Assembly: GCA_027923505.1 (NCBI GenBank)
Contig: BROI01000018.1
Location: 310,001-374,000, forward strand
From: Mayamaea pseudoterrestris
Taxonomy: Eukaryota
DNA length: 64,000 nucleotides
Reading direction: 5' to 3'
Shown: piece by piece, positions 1 through 9,559 of the stretch
Layout of the letters: each line of letters starts with the position of its first letter
Numbering within the stretch: position 1 is the first letter of the stretch
Made by a program: the position numbers and the translations under genes
Notes under the pieces: model-generated
Database searches by the model: none
What the model saw: only the letters and a program-made list of their open reading frames with translations
What the model was told of the DNA's origin: nothing

Positions 1-366
1 GCGTCTGTAAAGCTTGCGATCTTGAGTTTGCGAGTCCGACAATATATGCAAAAAGAATGCACCAAGTAGAATAATCGTCAGCAGCATTGCCCAAGCTGAG
101 AAATGCCATGGTGTCGTTGGATGTCGATGGCGACCGGCAACTCGATTCGTGCTACTGGTAGCCTCCTGCAGATCCTTGAAATACAAGTCAAATCGCTCCG
201 CCGACGAAAGAGCTGGATGCTCCTGCGCCGCCAGTCGAGGGTCTTTTTCTCGACGACGAACATTGGCGTTCCAGTCGCGAGCCTTTTTGGGTTCCGCCAC
301 CTTGACGTTGCCGTCGCCCAAGCCCGCAATGTAGTGCGGGGTTCGTACACGCTTCAAGCCTCCCAT
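1..366 (-). CDS. Hypothetical protein with one hydrophobic segment; 5' part of a gene running off the window edge
   Basis: ATG at 366; the frame stays open to position 1 (MGGLKRVRTPHY...WAMLLTIILLGAFFLHIL...KLYRR). It is absent from the ORF track because there is no stop inside the window. Confidence 0.6.
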   Translation of the reverse strand, partial: MGGLKRVRTPHYIAGLGDGNVKVAEPKKARDWNANVRRREKDPRLAAQEHPALSSAERFDLYFKDLQEATSSTNRVAGRHRHPTTPWHFSAWAMLLTIILLGAFFLHILSDSQTQDRKLYRR

Positions 367-856
367 GGTGCAGATTGTTACAAAAACAACTTATTCGCGA
401 TCAGGATCTGATCGAATATGAAAGTGGCTGCTCCGAGTAGTCGTTTACTCACGTTGAGTTGAGCTGCCGCCGACAGTGATCTTCCTTAAAACAACGCACC
501 GAATTCACATTCGTGTCACAGTCGCACTGCACCACTGCAATTCTCTCGACGGAAACGCTAGAGATTGTCGTCAGATAAGACGCGACAAAGCAAGGAAATC
601 TTCAGCAACTAGATTATAATCGCTGTAACAGTTTAATCGACTGCTTGCTTGTTTTAATCCTGCAAGATTTGACGGCGCGGCACTGCGAAATGGCGCGGTT
701 CATCTCGTGTCCGGGCCATTAAGAAATGTGTCTTTTCATTGCCGCGAACCTCTTATCGAACAGAGTAGCTACCGGGATTTGTCAAGCTACTGTTAGTAAA
801 GCATCCAAAGCTATGTTACTGGATTGTACAATGGAAAAGACTTTACAGCTGAAATG

Positions 857-981
857 ATGAACGAATAAATAGGCTTGTCCGTGGATCGCCCAGGGCGAGC
901 AATGCTGACCAAGAAGAATGAACGAATAAAAAAGGCTCGTCCATGGATAGCCCATGGCGAGCAGGGCTGACCAAGAAGAAT
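857..981. repeat. Two-copy imperfect tandem duplication (~62 bp) just downstream of the acyltransferase stop
   Basis: atgaacgaataaa...gctgaccaagaaga begins at 857 and again at 918. Confidence 0.8.
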
Positions 982-1887
982 CTACTTCTCCTTCTTGCTG
1001 CCGCTTCCTGGAGGAGGCGGCAAGACGCTGTAAATGACATCTGCGCATTGTTGCTTGAGCGCTTCTCGATCTTCAGTCCCGGTCACTTGAATTGGCTTGT
1101 GTATCGTCAGCCTCACCTCTGGACATTGATTCCATAGCAGCGAAAAGGGATAAGCAGTATTCCAGCCCTTTTTTGGCATTTCCAGCGAAATGGGCACAAT
1201 CATGCTCTTATTCGTTTGCGCTACGATAAAGGCTCCATCTTTGAAAGCAAGTCGTTCGGCCTGACTCCGCGTTCCTTGAGGGAAAAAGAACATTGGAAGG
1301 CCCTTTTGTATTGCTTCGTTAGACTTCTCGTACAAGTTGGAGACACTCTTCTTGTTCTTTCCACTCCGCTTTATCAAAACATGGCCTCCCAAATACATGA
1401 CGCCGCCAACGCCTGGCAAGAACAAAACGCTCGACTTGGCGACCCACAGGAAGCGTCGGTTAAAGAAATAAACGGACGCGGCGTCCATCTGACTGGCATG
1501 GTTCGAAATATAAACTGGCGCTGGAACCATGTTAGGTTCCGGTAGATTCTCCTCTCCCATGACTTGCACGTCGCCGACAAAGCACCGAATAATAATGACA
1601 GCCGCCCAGTGTTCGACCCAGCGATTCATCTCCAGAGCAAGGTCGGATGTTCCAAGTGTCAATATCCATCGGATACATACAATGATGGATCCGAGAAAGC
1701 AGATTGTGAACCAAACCAGATTGAACAGAAATACTTTTAGTACCCCAAAGATAGAGAGCGATGGCAGTCCCTCTGGTGCCCAAATCTTGGCCTCTTGAAA
1801 GACACCCATGGCTGACCCGAGCGTCATGGTTAGTGCCAAATACGCTACCAGCAGTAGCCCAACGTAGTATATGAGAATGGAAAGCAT
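982..1887 (-). CDS. 1-acyl-sn-glycerol-3-phosphate acyltransferase (LPAAT/PlsC family)
   Basis: NHASQMD (NHxSxxD) motif, VAK, FFPQGTRS and IVPI blocks, N-terminal TM segments. Start placed at the first ATG (MLSILIYY, 1887); the ORF-track start at 2010 is non-ATG. Confidence 0.85.
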   Translation of the reverse strand: MLSILIYYVGLLLVAYLALTMTLGSAMGVFQEAKIWAPEGLPSLSIFGVLKVFLFNLVWFTICFLGSIIVCIRWILTLGTSDLALEMNRWVEHWAAVIIIRCFVGDVQVMGEENLPEPNMVPAPVYISNHASQMDAASVYFFNRRFLWVAKSSVLFLPGVGGVMYLGGHVLIKRSGKNKKSVSNLYEKSNEAIQKGLPMFFFPQGTRSQAERLAFKDGAFIVAQTNKSMIVPISLEMPKKGWNTAYPFSLLWNQCPEVRLTIHKPIQVTGTEDREALKQQCADVIYSVLPPPPGSGSKKEK

Positions 1888-2250
1888 AGTATCAAAAGTT
1901 AAAGGCAGCAGCCTCGATGACGAAGGAGAGGACAAAGTGGAAGCTGCAGATGCAGACGGACGATGGAAAAAGCGCCCTGCATTGTTAATGCGACAAGATG
2001 ACGTTTTCACCTTTTTTTAGTTACAGTACTTGTTCGATGGCTATCATACGAGTTCTGCTGCTGGCGACAACACTTCTTGCTTTGCGATAGTATAGGGGAC
2101 TTTGGCCTTTCAGTTCTTAAACGCCTTAGTTTGATGTTGTTAGCTAAATTAAAAGCGAATGTATTCATCGGTGCAGGGGACACCGGCAGCGGCACTTTTG
2201 CCGGGGGCGGAAGATTCTACATACAGTATCTCTTTCATCCCCTGTCCATA

Positions 2251-2976
2251 TCAGATTGGAAGATCCTGGACCTTGATTTTACCATTGCCATACATCAGCT
2301 TCAAAAATATTTGCGTCAGGCCCGAGACGAAGCCAAGGAAGCTTGGAATCACAACATTGTAATCATTCAAGCGCAATGCCCCCACCGATGTCCAAAGGAA
2401 ACCATTCACCGTCATGGCAATTGATAGCGGAAGTGCGATGGATGCCGCTGATTTGTTATCAATGACGGTCTTTAGTGAGGCCAGAGGCGACGCAAACAAT
2501 GCGATGCAAATGGCCACGGCAGCACGCCCAACAATCTCACTCTTGTGTTTGAGCGGTGAAAGCGCCACCAGCAAGGTTGCTACAATAATGGACAATGCCA
2601 CTTGAAAATGTTGCTGCACAGATCCGGGCAATGTTGGAGCCGATTTTGGCGAATGCTTGATAAACTTCAACATGTAAAAGAGACCGAGAAAAATGCCTGG
2701 TCCATTGGCAATCCAAATCTTTGGCTCCCTCTTCATAACACCGTAGCAGGTCCATACAAAAGCATTTGCCAGCATGCTGCTGTATGGCAAGAGCGGAAGC
2801 GTCCCAACGGACTTGTCCTTGGAAATTTGCTGCATGGTTGGAATGGGCGACAAGCAGAGAATGATGCTCGATAGAGGTGCTGCCACCTGAGCAAAATCAA
2901 GAAACGGACTCACACCATTCTGTAGCAGAGACGACGTTGTAGACGTTGCTGCAGAGATTGTCATTCTAGGGATCAT
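2251..2976 (-). CDS. SWEET: SWEET / MtN3-saliva family sugar transporter
   Basis: Two MtN3-like repeats (LSPIPTMQQISKDKSVGTLPLLPY...N..W..YG; FASPLASLKTVIDNKSAASI...N..LW) and ~7 TM. Start placed at MIPRM (2976), uncertain. Confidence 0.85.
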   Translation of the reverse strand: MIPRMTISAATSTTSSLLQNGVSPFLDFAQVAAPLSSIILCLSPIPTMQQISKDKSVGTLPLLPYSSMLANAFVWTCYGVMKREPKIWIANGPGIFLGLFYMLKFIKHSPKSAPTLPGSVQQHFQVALSIIVATLLVALSPLKHKSEIVGRAAVAICIALFASPLASLKTVIDNKSAASIALPLSIAMTVNGFLWTSVGALRLNDYNVVIPSFLGFVSGLTQIFLKLMYGNGKIKVQDLPI

Positions 2977-3246
2977 GGAGATTGGCTGTATAGACGAGCA
3001 CTGTGGCGTTGATTTTGTGAGGCTTGACGCGCCCAAGTTGGTTTGCAGTTTGCAGCGTCGAAAGAAGCCGATGGATTTTCTGCCGACGTCACAGAAACCT
3101 CTCCGTTTTGTCAGCGGCTCGCCCGGCGCGCAACACAAAAAGATCGCGCATCATGCGAGCATGTTGCATCGACGACCATCAACCAACAACCATCAACCAA
3201 CAACCATCAACCCATATCTCTGGATTAAAGTTGCATTGACTTCAAC

Positions 3247-3960
3247 ATGAGGAGAGTTTTACAACTTCTGCCGCATTTGATTGCGTGTGCAGCCTTTCAG
3301 TCACCGGCTGGAGCGACTCGACGGCACCGACGTAATGTTTCGAATTCGCAAGAAAGCCAACAAGCACGACGAGCTGCTTCTGCTTTGGGATTTAGTCCAG
3401 TTGAAGCATGGGATGCTTACAATGATGCACTCCAAACTTCGCCATTGGTTGTCAAAAGTGTCACGGCGTGTGTGTTGCTTGGAGCCGCCGATTTGACCGG
3501 CCAGGTGCTTGAACAAAAGTTGCAAGGCAACACGGACGACGAAACAAGCACAGACTGGGCTAGAGCAGCCCGATTCGCATTCTTTGGTCTCGTATTACAA
3601 GCACCATGGAACCACTTTTACTATGAGCAATTAGACAGCGCCATTCCTCCAACGACAGAGCCATTCACGGCAACAAACGGAGTCAAGGTTTTCATTGACC
3701 AGTTTATACAGGCGCCCATCTTTACAGTTCTCATTTTTGTATTCCTTGGTCTGGTTGAAGGGAAGCCAGTTGATGCGATACAAAAGCAAATTGACAAGGA
3801 TTATAAAGACACGCTCATTGCTAATTGGAAACTTTGGGTGCCAGCCACAATAGTTAACATTGGCTTCGTTCCTCCCATTCTGCGCGTGCTATATCTCAAT
3901 GTCATATTTTTCGGATGGAGCATCTTTTTGTCGCTAAAGTTAAATAAAAAGGAAGACTAG
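3247..3960 (+). CDS. Mpv17/PMP22 family protein, probably plastid-targeted
   Basis: PLVVKSVTA, D..R..RF, KVFIDQFI, NWKLWVPA..VN..FVPP..RV motifs; signal peptide ending CAA|F. Confidence 0.88.
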   Translation: MRRVLQLLPHLIACAAFQSPAGATRRHRRNVSNSQESQQARRAASALGFSPVEAWDAYNDALQTSPLVVKSVTACVLLGAADLTGQVLEQKLQGNTDDETSTDWARAARFAFFGLVLQAPWNHFYYEQLDSAIPPTTEPFTATNGVKVFIDQFIQAPIFTVLIFVFLGLVEGKPVDAIQKQIDKDYKDTLIANWKLWVPATIVNIGFVPPILRVLYLNVIFFGWSIFLSLKLNKKED

Positions 3961-4435
3961 ATTGTATTAAATGACTTGGCCTTGGAAATTCGCTGGCATG
4001 GATTGACGAGCTGATGATCTACTACTTCTACTGAGCCCCGCAGCGAAGGCAATGCGAGAGACTTCAAGCTATTCACATCTCCGCCTAACGGCTCCATGTA
4101 GCCGACGTTCCTTTATCAAGAGCACAACTGGCATGACGGCCTCCATTTTCATGCTAATGGACCGAGCTCGGCGAACAAATCGCCACCCTGAACCTTAACT
4201 CCTTCCAATGAAGAAACGCCGATTCATGTGTCACCCACATCCCACGGTCAACGGCGACAGCAGAAGCAACACATCCCAGAGTTGCATAACCGTCTCAGTT
4301 GCGAGGAAAGGAAAGCTGCCTTTGCTGTTGACAAGCCGACGAAGACGTGCAATTTGATAAAAACGAAGCGACGAACCAAATCGCCTCGCAATACTCGCAA
4401 AAAGTGGCAGCCGTCATCGGTCAACGAGCCTGCCA

Positions 4436-5143
4436 ATGCCGCCAAAAGCTGAAATTGCATCTGAGATCACGTCTCTGCTTTTGAATAATAATCGTTGTCG
4501 CGAAGATGGCGAATTGGACCGTGTCTTGCCCGGGGCCGATGGCAGGCCCATGGTGAACGATGCCTTCCGCCACACCCGGTGCAATCATTGTCGCACTGCT
4601 TGGCAACGCTACAACAATCTCATAGGCCAGCACCCATTGATTGTCAAGAGTATTACGGCCATGTTTATTCTCGGAGCAGGCGATTTGTGTGGACAAGGAG
4701 TGGAACATTTGCGTGGTCAAACTGCGGCGTCTGGTGGTGTGGATTTGCCTCGCATGGCCCGATTTGCTATCATAGGTTTGTTTGGAGCACCTTGGTCACA
4801 CTACTACTTTTACTTTCTTGACCATTATTTGCCTCCCAGCCCCAAGCCATGCTCATTCAGGACACTTCTAAAGGTTGCAATTGATCAGGGTATTCAAGCA
4901 CCCCTGCTATTGGCTGTCATGATAAGCTCGCTTAGCTTTATGAAGGGCGAGGGCTTGCCGGGCATGCAACAAGATTTGGTTAGCAACTATTGGAGTACTT
5001 TACTGGCGAATTGGAAATTATGGATTCCGTTCTCCGTCGTCAATATTGCGTTTGTCAAGCCAACTCTGCGCGTCCTTTTTGTGAATTGCGTCTTTCTTGT
5101 ATGGACCGTCGTTCTCTCACTCATGCTCAATTCCAGCTTATAA
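4436..5143 (+). CDS. Mpv17/PMP22 family protein (tandem paralogue, no signal peptide)
   Basis: HPLIVKSITA...GDLCGQ, KVAIDQGIQAP, NWKLWIPFSVVN..FV.P..RV motifs. Confidence 0.88.
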   Translation: MPPKAEIASEITSLLLNNNRCREDGELDRVLPGADGRPMVNDAFRHTRCNHCRTAWQRYNNLIGQHPLIVKSITAMFILGAGDLCGQGVEHLRGQTAASGGVDLPRMARFAIIGLFGAPWSHYYFYFLDHYLPPSPKPCSFRTLLKVAIDQGIQAPLLLAVMISSLSFMKGEGLPGMQQDLVSNYWSTLLANWKLWIPFSVVNIAFVKPTLRVLFVNCVFLVWTVVLSLMLNSSL

Positions 5144-5370
5144 ATAACGTATACAATAGTGGAGTATCTTCTATAGGTATATCATACTCGTATCGAATTG
5201 AAGGTATGCATGCATATCAGTTCAAAATAGCTAATGCGTGATGACATCGCGCTCCCCGCGCCGGCGCGCATTGAAGATGAGGTTCGGATTCTTTGGATTT
5301 CTGACCGCTTCGTCGCCGTCACGCGGCGTCTCGCGACACCCACAACACGAAGCTGCTGCTACAAGCCACC

Positions 5371-6436
5371 ATGAGCGTCTTTCATGCAATGCACACCAAG
5401 GTCAGCGAGGCTGACGGCTTCCTTGCGGCCTTGGATCAGTCTGGCGGCAGCACGCCGAAAGCTTTGAAGCTTTATGGCATTCCTGACTCGGTAAGTTTTG
5501 CAAGGAACAACGTTCGATGTAAAAGATTCGCATGTAATTTTGAGCATCCGATAATTGAAGCGGAACGGACTGCAAAACACTCCTTGTCATGGGCTGTATT
5601 CTAAAAATCGCCTCTTCCGTCTTTTCTATCTGCTGCATCGCATCATGGCATGATAGGAATACACTCCGGGCGACGACAGCATGTATGATGCCGTCCACAA
5701 GATGCGAACGCGCATCATTACGAGTCCAGGTTTCACAGGCGATCAGGTACTAGGTGCCATTCTCTTTGAAGACACGATGAATCGCGAGATTGAAGGCATT
5801 CCTACTGGTCAGTACCTTTGGGAGAAGAAACATATTGTTCCCTTTCTCAAGATTGACAAAGGCTTAATGGACGAGAAGGATGGCGTCCAGCTCATGAAGC
5901 CGATTCCTGGCCTTGATGAGCTTCTTGAGCAAGCAAAGCAAAAGGGCTTCTACGGAACAAAGATGCGCTCGGTCATCAATTCGGCCAATGAAACTGGCAT
6001 TAAAGCGATTGTCGAGCAGCAGTTTGAGATCGCCAAGCAGATTATTGGACACAAGCTGATTCCTATTATTGAGCCAGAGGTGAATATTAACGCTACGGAC
6101 AAGGAACAGTGCGAAGATATTTTGAAAAAGTATCTGTTGGAACATCTTGATGCGCTCGGCGATGATGATCGAGTCATGCTCAAGCTCACCATTCCGACCA
6201 AGGATAATTTGTACGCCGAGTGCATTGCGCATCCAAAGTGCGTCCGAGTTGTTGCCCTTTCGGGCGGCTATTCCTGCGACGAGGCGTGTCAGCGTCTCGC
6301 CAAGCAAAAGGGCATGATTGCCAGCTTTTCGCGTGCATTGACGGAGAAGTTGAGCCACCAAATGGATGATGAGAAGTTCCACATGGTGATGGCCAAGACT
6401 GTGGACACCATTTATGAAGCGTCAAAGTCGGGATAA
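5371..6436 (+). CDS. FBA: Fructose-bisphosphate aldolase class I, bacterial-type; 2 exons (5371-5490, 5657-6436)
   Basis: GFLAALDQSGGSTPKAL, GAILFEDTM, PFLKIDKG, GTKMRSVI, PIIEPEV, MLKLT, RVVALSGGY, ASFSRAL. Intron 5491-5656 (GTAAGT...TAG) joins in frame (IPDS|EYTPG). No presequence. Confidence 0.93.
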
Positions 6437-6532
6437 AAGAATCAATGAGTCGATAGTTTAAATTTAGGGTTATGAATCATGCTTTTTTTATGACTACCCC
6501 CAGCATAGTATACTTGACTTGACGCCGTAGAA

Positions 6533-7669
6533 TCATGAGCCGCCATCAAGGGATTCGTACTGCTTCCATTGTTCGAAATACTTTGGTGCAAGATGTGCCT
6601 CCAAGTCCTTGTCAATGACATCGTTGAAATCCAAACTCCGATACCCTTGTATCCGTGCAGGAACTCCGCTGACTCGTGCCAGGGGAGGGACTGGCTTTGT
6701 CACAATCGATCGAGCGTCCACGACGGCTCCGTCGCCAACAGGAATATTACCCAAGACGGCCGCCCATCCTCCAATAATCACTCCATTACCTATTTTGGGA
6801 TGTCGATCACCAGCTTCCTTGCCCGTACCACCCAGAGTCACTCCATCGAAAATGGAAACATCGTTGCCAACAACGGCAGTCTCGCCAATCACGCATCCAC
6901 TTCCCCGAATGTAGCACCCACTTCCGATGCGACAGGCTGGATGAATATCCGCCGAGAATCGACGACTCACGACCGATTGTAGATAGTATGCCAAACCGGT
7001 TCGACCGGCTTGCCATAGCCGATGGCCGACGCGATAGCATACCAAGGCGTGGAACCCATTGTGAAAAAGGACTGCGTCCATGGCAGTTCGAATTCCGGCA
7101 CTGCGAGTTGCGACCGCTTGAAGATCAAGTCGTATTCGCATTTCATCCTCAATAGTTAGTAGCTCCAGCATGAGTCCCTTGAGCGCCGTGGCTGGAATGA
7201 GTTCCGTTTCGATTTCGTGCGACACCATGGAGGAAATGGCAGACTTGAGACTCGATCGACCTAGAATTCCTTGGTATAGCTGAGGGCCAGCGCCAGGTTC
7301 TTTCTCTAGTGCGGCGGCTGCTTCTAGCTTGATTTGTTCCCAAAAAGGATCGACGAACTTTGCAGAGTTGTTTCGCTGTTTCTCTTGCAGAGAGATCAAA
7401 AAGTCGAGATATTCTCGGTCGGATGCAAATTGAGGCGATCGATAGGGGTTCAAGGCTTGGATGAAAGTAGGATCGGAATGGCTTTTATTCGTTTTACTCA
7501 AAATCCCATTTATAGTCTCTGCCTCGCCTTGTTTCGACATTGGGAGATCAATTGGAAATGGAGTCAACGTAGAGGGAGTGGCCAGCGACAGGAGTGGCGG
7601 CACGAGAAACGCCGTTGCCGACATGCTCAATGGCGCCAGCAAAAGTATTATCAGTCTTTGTACGGTCAT
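6533..7669 (-). CDS. Serine O-acetyltransferase-like protein (CysE family), plastid-targeted; catalytic His motif altered
   Basis: GFHALVCYRVGHRLW, ADIHPA, VIGETAVVG, GVTLGGTGKEAGDRHPKIG, GVPAR; presequence ATA|F. Confidence 0.88.
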   Translation of the reverse strand: MTVQRLIILLLAPLSMSATAFLVPPLLSLATPSTLTPFPIDLPMSKQGEAETINGILSKTNKSHSDPTFIQALNPYRSPQFASDREYLDFLISLQEKQRNNSAKFVDPFWEQIKLEAAAALEKEPGAGPQLYQGILGRSSLKSAISSMVSHEIETELIPATALKGLMLELLTIEDEMRIRLDLQAVATRSAGIRTAMDAVLFHNGFHALVCYRVGHRLWQAGRTGLAYYLQSVVSRRFSADIHPACRIGSGCYIRGSGCVIGETAVVGNDVSIFDGVTLGGTGKEAGDRHPKIGNGVIIGGWAAVLGNIPVGDGAVVDARSIVTKPVPPLARVSGVPARIQGYRSLDFNDVIDKDLEAHLAPKYFEQWKQYESLDGGS

Positions 7670-7932
7670 TGCTCTTTGTTAGCGCTTGTTATATGCAAGT
7701 TGTTGCCAATTATGTTCAAGTTGTTCGCAGAGATCAGATCCCAGAAGCAGATGAGGCTCTCCTCGCATTCATGTCGCGAGATCTTCTCGCGAGTCGCATC
7801 GGTTATGACGCTTGACGCATGCTTGCGGACTGCACGACATCCATCACCCATCAAACATCGACCACATCGGTGATCTTCGCGTCGGCTACTCACTCCGCAT
7901 TTGGTTTGTCGTCCAAGCACTTTGAAATAAGC

Positions 7933-9213
7933 ATGAAGCATCCTCAGCTATTCTCCAGCATTCTGTTGGCAAGTTCTCACGCATTTGTCGCACCACTTGG
8001 TACCGTCCGGCATGGATTACCTTCACATCGTTTCGCTACAACGACAACGGCGACACAAGCGGCAGAGCATGCTGCACCAAGCATGAATCGAGCACCCGCC
8101 AAGGTTCCAGTCTTTGACGAAGTGTGCGACATGACGGGGCTCACCTTGACTCGATTCATGGACGGAGTAGCTACTCTGAATCCAGAGCTACGCGAACTGT
8201 GCGTCCTCTTTGGAGCAATCAACACTGCCTGTAAGGCGATTTCCAACCTTGTCAAGCGCTCACAACTACCTTCCAGCGAAACACTTGGCTACCAAGGTGA
8301 AATCAATGTCCAAGGCGAAGAGCAAAAGAAACTCGATGTCATTACAAATGACCTTTTGAAACGAGCGCTTCGATTCACTGGCCGCCTTGGTGTACTGGCA
8401 TCGGAGGAGGAGGACGGTCCAGTCGACCTGATGGACTTTGACAATAAGGAGATTGTCATTGAGGAAGGAGAAAAGTATGTCGCCGTCTTTGATCCCCTCG
8501 ATGGGTCATCCAATGTGGATGCAGGCATTCCAACTGGCACCATAATTGGCATCTACGAGCACGACGAAAGCTGCGCCATTGACTTTGACTGTATTGGTGA
8601 CGACTGCACTGAGCAGGAAGCGGCATGCTTGGCGAATACGTTGCAGCCCGGAACCAATCTTGTCGCCGCGGCATACTGCTTGTACTCTTCTTCCACATTT
8701 CTCGTATTGACGCTTGGCAAGGGTGTCTACATGTTTACACTAGATGAACAAATTGGTGAATTTGTGTTGAGCAAACCTAATGTGCGAATACCGGAAACAT
8801 CATCTATATACTCGTTCAACGAAGCCAACATGGACCACTGGGATGCCCCCATTAAGGAAACAATCCGCAATTGGCGACTCGGAAACGGCAAGTCTGGCAA
8901 GCGCTTTAGCTCCCGATACATTGGCTCCATGGTTGCGGACGTGCATCGAACTCTGCTCTACGGCGGAGTCTTTGGATATCCTGGTGATACCAGAAATCCA
9001 AACGGGAAGCTGCGGTTACTCTACGAAGGTGCGCCAATGTCGTTCATCATGGAGCAGGCTGGCGGCCTCTCCACCACGGGCACGCAACGAGTCATGGAGA
9101 TTAGTCCCGAAATTGTTCATCAACGGATTCCAGTCATTATGGGATCGCGAAATGACGTGCAAGAAATTGTGGATGCGTATGCATCTTGGGACAGAGATTC
9201 GCCGATGGTGTAG
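7933..9213 (+). CDS. FBP: Fructose-1,6-bisphosphatase class I, plastid-targeted
   Basis: NVQGEEQKKLDV, LASEEE, FDPLDGSSNVD, SFNE, RYIGSMVADVHRTLLYGG, GKLRLLYEG; presequence MKHPQLFSSILLASSHA|F; Cys-rich insertion loop. Confidence 0.95.
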   Translation: MKHPQLFSSILLASSHAFVAPLGTVRHGLPSHRFATTTTATQAAEHAAPSMNRAPAKVPVFDEVCDMTGLTLTRFMDGVATLNPELRELCVLFGAINTACKAISNLVKRSQLPSSETLGYQGEINVQGEEQKKLDVITNDLLKRALRFTGRLGVLASEEEDGPVDLMDFDNKEIVIEEGEKYVAVFDPLDGSSNVDAGIPTGTIIGIYEHDESCAIDFDCIGDDCTEQEAACLANTLQPGTNLVAAAYCLYSSSTFLVLTLGKGVYMFTLDEQIGEFVLSKPNVRIPETSSIYSFNEANMDHWDAPIKETIRNWRLGNGKSGKRFSSRYIGSMVADVHRTLLYGGVFGYPGDTRNPNGKLRLLYEGAPMSFIMEQAGGLSTTGTQRVMEISPEIVHQRIPVIMGSRNDVQEIVDAYASWDRDSPMV

Positions 9214-9559
9214 GTAGTTAAAAGGCTCTTTGGAATCACCCATCTGCCAGCTATGCAATGTCACCACTTAACTTTTACCTTGCAGCACTAATTTATGCGG
9301 AGCACGATGTTAAAAGTAAGACAGGCGCTTGCTCGTCCAGGTGTAGCTACAGTACCGGTACGTATATACATACCGGTAGCTAAGCACACTCCTCGGCGGG
9401 CCAACTACGTCCGCCATGGAGTAGAATGCCGATGATCGTCATTCGTTTGTTCCACCATTGCCACTCACAATTATTCTTTGCAGAGCCAACGAACACTTGA
9501 CAGCGACGGCCTCATCATTCATATACATAACTTCATACCGTCCATCAGCGATTCATTCA

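Noticed and set aside
5371..6436. Bacterial contamination or recent horizontal transfer of the bacterial-type aldolase
   Set aside because: The gene has a canonical spliceosomal intron and sits among eukaryotic genes; bacterial-type class I aldolases are already known from diatoms.
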